The notes under the pieces: generated by a model
The model's database searches: none
What the model was told of the DNA's origin: nothing
What the model saw: only the letters and a program-made list of their open reading frames with translations
Translations under genes and position numbers: made by a program
Assembly (NCBI GenBank): GCA_000708835.1
Contig: DF237052.1
Coordinates: 124,001 to 188,000, forward strand
Source of the DNA: Klebsormidium nitens
Lineage: Eukaryota; Plantae; Klebsormidiophyceae
Reading direction: 5' to 3'
DNA: 64,000 nt
Part shown: one piece after another, positions 31,270 to 42,600 of the stretch
Layout: each line of letters begins with the position of its first letter
How positions within the stretch are numbered: the first letter of the stretch is position 1

Positions 31270-34200
31270 ATGGCGCCTTTCCCCCCCCGTTTCCTGCTGC
31301 TGCTAGTTGCTGCATTGCTGCCAATGTGCCACCTGGCAGAGGCCGGACGCGGGCTCCTCCAAGCGCCGCTCGTGAAGGACGTCTCGGAGTTCTGCTCTGT
31401 TCAGCGTAAGCACTTGGCTGCAAGCTCTGCTGCTTCCTTTCTTGGTGCCGTCTGCGCCCCTTCTTCTATGTAAAAGCTTGGGGAGTGAGATGTGTCAATG
31501 AGCTGAGAATCAGCAAGACTTCGTTCGGAAGAGGAACCCCCTTCCGAAGCAACACCGGCGCCAGGAGCAGGCGCTTGTTGACTGGTGATACAATGGTGGC
31601 TTGCGCATGCCCTGAAGGATCTGCGGACAATGTCACTCAAGTCTCGTTCTAGCTGAGTACAAGGAAAGTCAGTCCAAGAAACAGCTCAGGGTTGGAGGCC
31701 GCAAGAGGGCTGTGTTGAGAGCAGGGCATTGTGCGGTTGTGTGACCGCTCCTCAAGAGCCAATGACAAATCTTGGCAGCCCCCATTTCAACTTTGAGGAG
31801 ATGAAGGAACTTAGCTGGTGCCCGACTTGTTGGGCTGCAGACAGTGTGTCATTTGGGACGAATTGCTCAGCCAAGAGGTTTATGGAGTTGGAATCGGCAT
31901 GAGGCTGCTGATCGTTCAAGTAGTAAGTAATGCTTTCATGTGCTCAGAAGTTGAGGGCTTGATGCTGCTATATTAATGCTGCAAATAAGCTACATTCTGG
32001 CCATTCAGGTAGTGTGGCAAGAAGAGGGGAGACGTGGACAGAAAGAATGTGTCCAAGGTATTTGTGTGCTTCCTGCATGAGAAAGGCAACCCTTTGTCTT
32101 ACAGTCAAGGCTGACAAGCAGAAATTCAGCCCAAGTGCTAGACATTCTCGGAAGAGAAGGCGGGTGGGCATGATGCCTCGGGTCTTTTGATAGAAGAGAC
32201 TGATGATCATTTGAGATGACTTGTTTTCATTGGCCAAGTCTAGCTCGTTCGCGGTCTTTCTCTACCAAAAAGAACAATTTCTTGCTTGTCAAAGGTGGCA
32301 GCTTTGCCAAATCCATAATTTCCTTCTAGAGGTGCTGGCTCATAATTTCTCAGTGTTGAGTTATGAGTATTCTAAAATCAGGGTCTTTTGCATTCCCAGG
32401 AAAGATATCATTATCGTCTTACACACTAGAACAATTTTAGGATGATATTGCCTTCCTTCAGGCTGTCAGATCAAAGATTAGCACCTCTTCTCAGGCCAAA
32501 CTTTCAGCACCATCTGGGGAACTTGATCTGAGCTTCATCTGCCCTCGCTTCATCAAGCATCAACTATTGCTTTTAAGCCCCAATCATCCTTTGTAAATTG
32601 AGACACTGCTTCGATCGGTCAGAACGACTAAGTTGCTAAAAATATAAAAAACAAGTGCTTTGCTAGGGAGGTCCGCATCTCTTACAGCTTCTTCAATCGA
32701 CCTGTCAGTCTTAGTGTCAACTAATTTAGGCTGATTTCCAGTCTGCAGTAGACTCACTAAGTTACACTACACTTTTACAAACCTAGCAGGTTGCTCAAAA
32801 GAAGGTGCAGCATCTAAGGTTTGCTCGTGCTTGCAGGACGGGCCTTCCGCTTTTTCACCCATCTTTTCCCCGACCAATTGGCCCGTGGAGTCCAGATAGA
32901 CTACTGCCAAAACCTTTACCCCAACTTGGGAACAGTCACAGGTAAGTCACCTGTGACTTTGACTGTGACTCTGAACTGTGTAACTCTTCAAATATCCTAG
33001 GATGTGAACGCTTCTGTAAGTCTGGGATACAAAGGTGCCTGCTTGATTTACTGTAAGGCAAACCAGCCCACTTTGTTCTGATGAACCCCACTGTTGCCTT
33101 GCAAAGCCAAGACTTACAGCAGGATGACTCAACTCTCTCGTAACATCAGCTCTCTCATTATCTCGAGTCTTGTGAGTTGGTACTCGAGTCTAGTCATTGA
33201 ACCCATAGCCAGCACCTAAGCAGTCCGTAACCGACCCTATTAACCGCCAAAACCCATGGGTTTGTGCATGCACCACCACCGAGACCGCGCTGCCGGCGGC
33301 GTCCGGCAGGTCGTCTTGTCATTAACCAGCCCGTAACCGACCATGTTTAACCGCCAAAATCCCTCGATTTGTGCAAGGCACCACCACCGAGACCTCGCTG
33401 CCCGGCGGCGGCCGCTTTGGCTAGTTGCCACTAACCAGCCCGTAACCGACCAATGGTTAACCGGCAAAACCCCTGGGTTTGTGCAGGCACCACCACGGAA
33501 ACCGCGCTGCCCGGCGGCGGCCGCTTTGTCCAGGTGTCAATCACCGCGACAAACGTGTTCGCGGTCGCTTTCCTTAACGACGCCAATAACAACCGGACGT
33601 TGCCGCTGCTGGGTGCTGACGTCAGCGTCGGGGACCAGGATCTTGATCAACTGACCCCAGTAAGAGCTTGACTCTGAGTTCCGTTCGTTGCAGATATTGT
33701 TGAGATTGCTTCATTCATGAGTCGAGGACGTAAATCATGTGAGACTACCGATCGGAGAACACCAGTCGGCCGTTTCGTAATAATTGAGGTTTAGATGCCT
33801 TTCCAGTCGATCAGGACACCTGCATGGCCGTCGAACGGATTCTGATACTGATTCACGCTGAATCTAGTGAGGTGGCAAACTGGTAGGACCAAACGGACTG
33901 CCTGATCATCCTTAATCTTGGCTTTCTTTGATGCGCAGAGAACCTAGAGATTGAATCATAAGCTTGGTCTCGAAAGCGAAAAGAAAGGACTCTTCCACTG
34001 TTGCTAAGTTTTTGCAGTACGAAAGCATGGTGAGAAAGAAGATTGCTTCGGAACGAAGGTCACTTTCTTGAGACAGCCGGACCCAAGAATCGTTCAAGAA
34101 CTTCCTCGTAACCACTTTGATTTCATCGACAAAATTCGGCCTGAAAATTCGGCCTGTCTCAGTCCTCTCACCTTGTAGTGTTTTCTCGCCTGTTAACAAG

Positions 34201-37200
34201 ACGACGGCAGCAGCTCTTGAACGTCAGACAACCAAACCCTCGTTCGACTCTGTCTGCAGGAGCAATTCAACCTGGTGACTGCACGTGGCAGCGCCACGTA
34301 CAACCCGAGTTTCATTCAGCTTGACGTGCCAGTTGGTGAGCGCCTAGCATTCACTCCCCGTCTCGTCGACCAACGGTCTAAGTTTTATCAAACTCCACGA
34401 AAGTGACCTTAAGCTCCGATGATAAGAAGGTACACGCACTGGGACGGGGACGGGTTTGGTTTGCGGACTAGATTTTGAAGATCAACTTTGTTTTGGCTGC
34501 ATCGCCCTTGCGGGCCATCAACATAGATCAAGAAGCGATTCCGCGAAGTAGTCATGGCAAAGTAAAGCCAGACTCTCACATACATTCTGCGGCTCTCAGA
34601 TCCTTCCGTCTTGTTGCCATAGCTGTTTACGACGCTAATATAAATCCAAACGTGGTGGCCGGCCGCCTTTTTTGCTGGATCGCTCGATTGTTCGAGGAGA
34701 CTACGCTTTCGTCGTGCCGAGCGCAGGCTCAAGTCAGGCCTTCCCGTCAAGGATCCGCTCGGCTTTTGAACGTAAGGTCTGTTGATTGTTGACGTCAGCA
34801 GGAAGCAGAACGTACCTCTGCTTAATGCTGACGAAAGATACGTCAAACTGCAGGCTCGCCGTTTCCGNNNNNNNNNNNNNNNNNNNNNNNNNNNNNNNNN
34901 NNNNNNNNNNNNNNNNNNNNNNNNNNNNNNNNNNNNNNNNNNNNNNNNNNNNNNNNNNNNNNNNNNNNNNNNNNNNNNNNNNNNNNNNNNNNNNNNNNNN
35001 NNNNNNNNNNNNNNNNNNNNNNNNNNNNNNNNNNNNNNNNNNNNNNNNNNNNNNNNNNNNNNNNNNNNNNNNNNNNNNNNNNNNNNNNNNNNNNNNNNNN
35101 NNNNNNNNNNNNNNNNNNNNNNNNNNNNNNNNNNNNNNNNNNNNNNNNNNNNNNNNNNNNNNNNNNNNNNNNNNNNNNNNNNNNNNNNNNNNNNNNNNNG
35201 TTTCCGTCCCTGCTGAACTTGGACGCCAACGGATGCTCAACGGCTACGTGCAAATGTATTTTTCGGTTGCTGACGTCAGCATCGAGCAGACCGCCTGATT
35301 CCTGACGGAAGATACTCTATCCGTGTTGCAGGCTCGCCGTTCCCATCCCTGCTGGACCTGGACGCCAACATCGACGACCTTTCAGATGGTCCGTAACTTT
35401 TTGACGTCAGCATCAACCAGATGGTCAAATGCTGACGAAGACTACGTCATCATGTGATGCAGGCTCGCCGTTCCCGTCCCTGCTGGACTTAGACGCCAAC
35501 ATCGACGAATGCTCGCCGACACGAATCATTCTCCGAGTGCTGACGTCAGCATCAAGCAGAACGCTGACGAAAAATACGTCATTCTCACTGCAGGCTCGCC
35601 GTTCCCGTCCCTGCTGGACTTGGACGCCAACATCGACGACCTTCGCGGCGTGGTCACCGGTCCAATCCGCCAAAACAGTTACCAGAACGTCGCCGTTGGT
35701 GAGCTCGCCTTCCGCATGTTGTAGGGCGTTAGGGCTTTGCCTTTTCTTGCGGGGAACGCACTTCCGTTTCAGGAAATGAAGTAATGTGAGGGGGAGGTGT
35801 TGGATCGACCAATCCGGAAGGAGATAGAGGGGGTGGCTTTCCATCCTCTTGAGAATGGCGCGTAGCAAAATCGGACTAGAACACGGGGAGGAACAAATTT
35901 CGGAAGTCCAACCGCAATGCTGATTGAGTCGCTTGCAGCCACCCACGTGACTGACATCAACGCAAACCCGGCTTCTGTCCCGTTTCTGTAATTCTAGAGA
36001 ACCTATCAGATGCTGCCGCCTTTCAGTTCTCCAAAACCTGACAGATGCTGACACGTGTCGCTTCCTGGTTGCTTGCAGGCACTCCCGGAGAGATCACCGT
36101 CGCCCAAGTCAGCGTGGCCCCGACCGTCGAAGGCGAACTGCCACCCTTCATCACCGAGAATGTGGATCTTGCTGTGCTTTCGCCCAACCCAGCCCTACAA
36201 GAGCAGGTGAGGAGTCTCGTACTCTGGTGTTAATTTCATCTAACTTAAGAAGCAATTCACGTAGACAGGCGCCCGGTGGACGGGTAGGGTTAGTCGGGTG
36301 GTTGGGGTGGGTGCGGGTGCGGGGCGCGTGAAAGTGAAGGTTAGGTTTTACGTTCACGTACCCGGGTTATAACCTGAATGGATTTTCTGTAAGATGGGCG
36401 GTGAACGAGATCAACGTGCTTGTACGCGTACTCTTGACCTAACCACACCCATACGCTGGCAGTAACCTCAACTCCACAGACGTTTGAATCAACCTGCCGT
36501 TAACTCCGTGTAAAATGAGGGGATCCAAAGTAGCATCCTACAATCAACCCAAAATACACGCACTTAAACATAAGCTCGATCATGCGGCGCGGGTGCAGGC
36601 AAGCCTTGGCTAGATCACGACGGTCCCTATAGAGGCGCTACTTCATCAATTACAAAACTTCAAACGCAAACCGAAGTTACCATCTTTCGCACTTGCGACG
36701 ATATTGATCCGCCCACTCAACCCCGCTGGCCAGTAACCAGACTCAACATGGGGTTACACCAACAGACGGTTAACTGAAAAGTAGGATCGACACTGCTGCG
36801 GCGCTGGTGCAGGCAAATTCTGCGCAGATCACAATGGTCCCTGTAGAGGCGCTCTTTAATCAAACTAAACGTGAACCGTAACCCGAAGTTGACAATTTTC
36901 GCAAATGTGACGACCCTGATTCGCCAATTCAACCCAACCCGTCCTCTGGCCAAACCCAAAATGCTGTTAACTCAACATACCGTCACCTGAACATAAGATC
37001 AATACTGCTGCGCAGGTGCAGGCAATTCTCGCCCAGATTACAATCGTCCCTGGATACGCGCTCATCAGCCAAACAATAAACCCCTTCCGTCAACCAAAGT
37101 TAACATGCTCGGCAGCCGTAGCCACCCTGATTCCCCCCATACCTATCTCAACATAAAATCGATACTTCTGCGCAGGTGCAAGCGCTTCTCGCCCAGATCA

Positions 37201-38567
37201 CAACCGTCCCTGTAGAGGCGCAGTTCAGCCTTGTCGATCTTGAACCTTTCCCGACCAGTCCCCCCGGGGAAACCTGCGACCCGTCCTCCAATCTCCCCAA
37301 CCAGGTGGGCACTCTTGACAATGCCTTTTTTTTCTCCGGCGGGTTGCACTCCGTTGATCCGGTTGATTTTGACCAGAGCTCGATCTGGAACGGGCGCCAA
37401 CGAGCACCCCCGGGGGAACCTGCGACCCGTCCTCCATTCCCAACCAGGTCTGAAAGAGCGCGCTCCGTTCTGGCAATGCCGTTTTGAAGATGGCGGATGT
37501 AGTTTCATTCAGTGCTGTTTCGAACTTGGCGGAATTGGTTTCGTTGTGCCGGTCGTTTTGACCGGAGTTCCGGTTCATCACCGACACTGGCGAAAGCGAA
37601 ATTCGATTTCTTCTGGTGGGTAATCTTCGATGTAAGCGCTGGGTTTCCAGTCGCCTCTCGTTATTGCGTTCGCTTTTATCCTTTTCTCTCAGTGCTGAGA
37701 GATCTCACTTCGTTTTCAAGAGACGGTGGCGGCATCTTCTTAAGACGTCGTGCGTTGATCTGACTGGGCTGTCAAGAGCAGCTTGAGTTAGCCTTCCAGG
37801 GTCTTTGTACGGTCTCTTTGTTGTACTTGCCAGCACCATACGCTATCCTACTCGAGCCCTTAACGACGACGATTGACATGATCCTTCGCTCCCTTCTCGT
37901 TCTCTTCCTTTTCGAGCTCACACTTTCTTCCTTGTCGTCAGTGCTATGACAAAGTACGTTTAGGTCTCCTTCACAAAAGATTCAATAAGCCGACATCCTA
38001 TCCCCCTTGTCTTTTTCTCCCTTCTCGAGCTAAGACTTTCTCTCCTGCCACCAAGGCAATGTAACACGGTGTTGAACACCTTCACAAATGACCTATATCG
38101 AAGCGGACAAGATTCTCCTTTTGTTTCTCTTCCTTCCGGGCTAATACGTTCTTTCTTACCATCATTGCTAAAAGGGGACACCGTTTTTCAATTGCCTCAC
38201 AAACGACCTAAACCGAACATACTTCCTACCCTTTCCTTCCTTCTCGAGCTAACGCTCTCCCTTGTGCCACCAATGCTAAGACGGGAGTCCGTTTTCGAAT
38301 CCCTTCGCAAACGATTGGGCCTGATTCAAGACACGATGTCCCTTCCTTTTTGAGCTAAGACTTTTCCTCTTGCCGTGTATCAATGCTATGACGGAACACG
38401 GTTTCAGATTTTTTTCACCACGATCATTTTTCTTTTCCCCTTCTTTTCCGAGCTGATAGCATTGCTCTCTTGCTGTGCATCAGTGCTACGACGCAAGCGG
38501 AACCGTCTTCGTTTGCTGCACCGGTGCGTGCGGCCCCAACCTTGCTGGCGACCCGCAGTGCGCGTAA
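31270..38567 (+). CDS. Secreted hypothetical protein, ~311 aa, 8 exons, with a C-terminal 6-Cys knottin-like module
   Basis: Exons 31270-31405, 32837-32941, 33487-33659, 34260-34335, 35594-35698, 36079-36206, 37176-37304, 38484-38567 join in frame with GT-AG sites. Signal peptide MAPFPPRFLLLLVAALLPMCHLAEA. Ends TCDPSSNLPNQCYDASGTVFVCCTGACGPNLAGDPQCA*. The N gap in intron 4 could hide extra sequence. Confidence 0.75.
33228..33486 (+). repeat. Two ~109-bp copies of the exon 3 acceptor and start (secreted-protein gene)
   Basis: GTAACCGACC...AACCG(C/G)CAAAA..GTGCA(T/AG/G)|GCACCACCAC(C/G)GA.ACC unit. Copy starts at 33270 (CAT) and 33378 (AAG); real exon at 33487 (CAG). Confidence 0.92.
34790..35593 (+). 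repeat. 131-bp tandem array of the exon 5 acceptor and start (at least 4 copies), interrupted by an assembly gap
   Basis: TGCAG|GCTCGCCGTT(T/C)CC(G/A)TCCCTGCTG(G/A)AC.TGGACGCCAAC units start at 34854, ~35193 (partly in the gap), 35332 and 35463; real exon at 35594. Each unit carries TGACGTCAGCA. Confidence 0.92.
34868..35199. other. Assembly gap (332 N)
   Basis: Run of N. Both flanks are the same 131-bp repeat. Confidence 0.99.
36271..36367 (+). repeat. Dispersed ~100-bp G-rich telomere-like element, copy 3 (intronic)
   Basis: GCCCGGTGGACGGGTAGGGTTAGTCGGGTGGTTGGGGTGGGTGCGGGTGCGGGGC...GGTTAGGTTTT...CCCGGG. Confidence 0.7.
36570..37453 (+). repeat. Exon 7 boundary copies (secreted-protein gene): three acceptor-side, one donor-side
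   Basis: GTGCAGGCAA...AGAT(C/T)AC...GTCCCT..A.A.GCGC copies at 36593 (CGG), 36807 (CTG) and 37016 (CAG); real exon at 37176. Donor copy CCCGGGGGAACCTGCGACCCGTCCTCCATTCCCAACCAG|GT at ~37408-37449. Confidence 0.88.
37900..38483 (+). repeat. Four decayed copies of the last-exon acceptor and start (secreted-protein gene)
   Basis: TTC..CGAGCT(A/C)A...CTT...CA(G/A)|TGCTA(T/A)GAC units at 37942 (CAG), ~38055, 38274 (CAA) and 38384 (CAA); real CAG|TGCTACGAC at 38484. A possible fifth copy at 37693. Confidence 0.8.
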
Positions 38568-39646
38568 CCGCTGAAGGTTACGGTTGAGATTAAGATTCTA
38601 GCGGTCTCTGCCTGGTCGCGCCAATGGTTGCCGAGTTTCTCAAAGGGTCTTCTGTTAGTGAATGGCATGAGGTTATCATGCAACAGAGCATCAAGACAAT
38701 AAATGGAGGCCCTTGGATCCCCGCGTGAGCCTTGACAGGTGGCACGTACCGTTGCATTTGATGCAACTGACACATTGAGACGTGAAAGTGGTCTTAGGTG
38801 ATTTTCGACGTTTCAATAGCGCCGGAGTAAAATTTGCCAATTAAGGTCTGCCAGTGGATAACGTAGGCAATTGGTTTATATATAGAGTGCCCGGCGCGAA
38901 CTGTAGCTCGGCAGACTGCGCAAACTGCCGAGGTGGCAACACCTGATTCCGTGAAGAGTGTTTTACTAGTGCCAAGACCGGATTGGAACAGCCAAAAGCC
39001 ATTCTCCGTCAAGCTAGTACAATCCTTCGATCCATCCTCGACCGTCACGGGGTAAATTGTGACGGCCATGCACAGCTTGATCATTCGTTCTGAATCCAGA
39101 TTACCTTTGAAAAGTTGGAGAATGGAGAGCTGCATGAGAGTGTCGTGCAGTTGGAGGATATATTGTTCCGACCATGTATACTGATGTTATATAGTTTCGC
39201 ATGATACGTCACTGCATGTCACAGTACAAACCTGAGAACTCCACTGTCATTCACAGTGCATGCTGCACATGACTGATTGAACGCTGAACGTTCGAACATT
39301 ATTGCATTCATGCTTGCTTGCATGAAACATGGGCAGTCGATCAAAAGATTTTGCGCTGCAGCCGTCCATTTCGAGTCACTGACTTCCCTACCACCGTGAC
39401 GGGATCCATGGCGCTAAAACTGCGGCAAACCGCGCCACTCCGAGTTGCAGTTCCTTTTATTACTAATTTATATTAAACATACGCTTGCAAGAAGTCAATC
39501 ATTACTTTACCTCGGGCCGGGCGGCCCGTTTTGACAATTCAGAACGTTCAACACTGGCCGGTTTGCGGGCTGATCTCTTCTGGCCAAGCATCAAAAGCTT
39601 GTCCCTTTCTTTAGATCTGGATTGATGAAGCAGTACGACTGCGACG

Positions 39647-42600
39647 TTACTTGGCTTTCTTGTCATTTGGCAGAACCGGATAAACTGCCCTCTTAAAATC
39701 CGTCGTAAAGCGCTCCCCCGAAAACTCTTTCGCCTTTTCACGCGCCGCCTGGGCCACGCTTTTCCGCTTAGCTTCGGGCCATTTGAGCACGGTGTGGATA
39801 GCCTCTGCGAACTCATCGACCGTTTCCGCCAGCAGGCCCACTTGCGGAACTGGCACGACGATGTCCGCCTGAGGTCCGCCGGATCTGTGGGCTGCAGGCG
39901 GGATGAACGGAACGGAATCAACGATGGTGGAGTCTGTACACTGTCACTTGAGAGCAGTACACGAAGATCTGCGGCTTAAGAGGGAGGCGAAATCTGAAGT
40001 GCGGTACAAACTTGCTACACCTTTTTCCGTACGTCGCATATTTACTACAGTCAGGTCGACGAAAATGTGTCTAATTTTCGTAAATGACAGCTCGATTCTT
40101 ACGTCATGCGGAGAAAACACAAGTTCTAGCTGAAAGAAGATGCTGCGAGAAGCGAAAGGAAGGCCAAAGAGGCAGTGAGGCCATTCCGCAGAGATCCCTC
40201 ACGCAGAGCGACTTCGAGCCGTTCGATCATGAGTAAAGCAGTGCTTCTTTTTCGGATCATCTCCTAACGAGGAGATGGAAGTATCACCGGAGCCTGCATA
40301 GTGTTTCCTGATGCCACACATCGGAGATATGCAACCCTCTAATGGCACGATCCCAGCGAGTGCATTGCAAAACTCTTGACACATTCCGATGCCCAAAATC
40401 TGAAAACATGGAGACGCTGAGAAGCCCCGTAAGTCTCAATGCAGATTGCCCGTGCAGCCGCGTATTCGACCACCACAGTTCCGACGTCCTTTGAGAGAAT
40501 TGCTGAGAACCTTAAAAGAGCGAACTCCGTAAATGCGGAGATACTTCAGGCAACGAAGCCCTCGACTCCACATCTCAACGAGAGGGACCGCCCCCGTAGT
40601 GATGTATCAAATCACCACAATTCCAGAGAAAGCTTTGTGATATGCGCACAACTAACATTCTGCAAAACCAGGAACACCTGAGCGAAAAAGCCCTGGAATC
40701 CGAGATTTAGATTCCAAAAGACTGAAGTCTAAAACCTCAAAATGCTAGAAACTCACCAATCGGCACCGCCCCTGCGGCCATATACTCAACCACCACGATC
40801 CCGAAGTGTTCGTCGAGCATCGTATGCAGCCCGGCGGACGCCCCCCCGAGCAATTTCTGCAGCTCCGAGTAGGGCGAGTTGACGTGGAAATCCACCCGGT
40901 TGGCAATGCCGAGCTCCCGGGCCAGCGCGCGCAGGTCATCTATCCTCTGCAGAAAGAAGGTCAGAGGCTCTTAACCAGGCAGTGTATAGATCAGTCGCCT
41001 ATTATTGGAATCCTTATAATTCCACACTTTTAAAGCTGTGAATTGGACTGCCGTGGTTACAGAACCAGGTTTGGAACGTGCCGAGATGCCGGGCCGGCGC
41101 GCGAAGGTCGTCTATCCTCTGCAGACACGGATTGGGGAGTTCGGCTGGGGCTGTATGTAGATCAGCCAACTGCGACTTGCTCCTCCTTACTCGAGATTTA
41201 AGGACCATTCTGAAATCTCTTGCTCTGTAATTAGGGATGTCGAGCTCCCGAGCAAGCGCCCGGAGGTCGTCAATCCTCTGGAAAAGTCATTCTAGGGGTT
41301 CAACCTGATGCTGTGTGCAGATTGCTCACCTACGCATTTTCTTGATCTTGATTACATACTTCAAAAAGCTTCCAAACGCTACCTCGTGTCGACTACTCTT
41401 TCTAACACCAGCTTTGGAGAGTTTTGCGCATCCAGCTAAAAATCATTGCATCTCGTCCTTTCTTGAACGTCTGCTCTCGGGTAGAAGCTCTCCGCCATCG
41501 AAAAGGCTCTGAATAGCGCCCGGACATGATTCACTTTAGCTTCCATACGAAAGCCGTCGCTCAATCCCGTTCCAGCCTGTTCACAGAAGTTCAAATTTAT
41601 GGCCCACTTGCAATGCAGCAGAAGCTGATTGATCCTATCGGGAGCTCCACAGGCAATTGAAAACTCAATCTGTAACGTATCTTTAAGAAAGTCTAGGTTC
41701 AAAGTACCACGAAAACCTGTTGGCACCGTTGGAAAGCCACACTAGTCAGCAACTTTGAGGATAGGTGCTGGCGCAACAGGCGAGTAGATAGCACGTCACA
41801 GAAGGAAATCTGACCTTCTCGTCTTCTTTGTGCCGACTGCTCCCCACTAGTTTCAAGCGCCAGTCCACGGAAAAGTCGTTCCCTCTAGCCCCCGCCTCTC
41901 TGCCGGACGCCTTATTGAGGGCTGCGGCAAACGCTTTCAACTGAAGACGGTGGTCCTGCGAGGAGAGAAGAGATGCAACGTCAACAGTGTGTCGGCTGTA
42001 TCTTGACTGAACTCTTTTCCACATTAGGTTTTCCTTCATTTGCGTGCTTTGCAGATACTAAAGCTGCTGAAGATTATTTGATGTTCGTACCCGGTGACGA
42101 TCAGGAATTGTGCCCATTGCAGAAAGTCACTTCTATAATGAAGATGGGCCGCCCAATCAATTCCTAGTGAGCAGCCTGGCATTCCACTTTCCGTGAATCT
42201 GCTCTACTTGGCAGCAATCGGGGCCTGGTTTTCATTGGACAACCGCTATGTCCAACCTGCTACTCACTTCAGAACCTTGCAGAGAAGAAACCGCGGATTC
42301 CACGCCTAATAGCAACAACTAATGTTACTTGGAAACGGGAGCGACGGAACAGCTTCATCGAAAAGAGCAGCCCACCTTTTCCGGCCTAAACTGGGCGACC
42401 GACAGCAGGTACCGTCCCTTCTCGGGTCGCTCCAACGGCAACGCCTGGAGGTGGAACGGAAGCCGTCAACATAACGGCACGCAGAGGCATGACACACTTA
42501 CCCTAGTCCGGAGTAATCAATTCTGTTCTGAAGTTCTAGAATTCAAAGTATCCAAATCAGAAGTTGAAGTAAAGCTCAATGCTCTGGAGCGAAGTTTGCG

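Noticed and set aside
34734-35298. Long ORFs of 136-170 aa in the ORF track
   Set aside because: They are artefacts of translating through the N gap.
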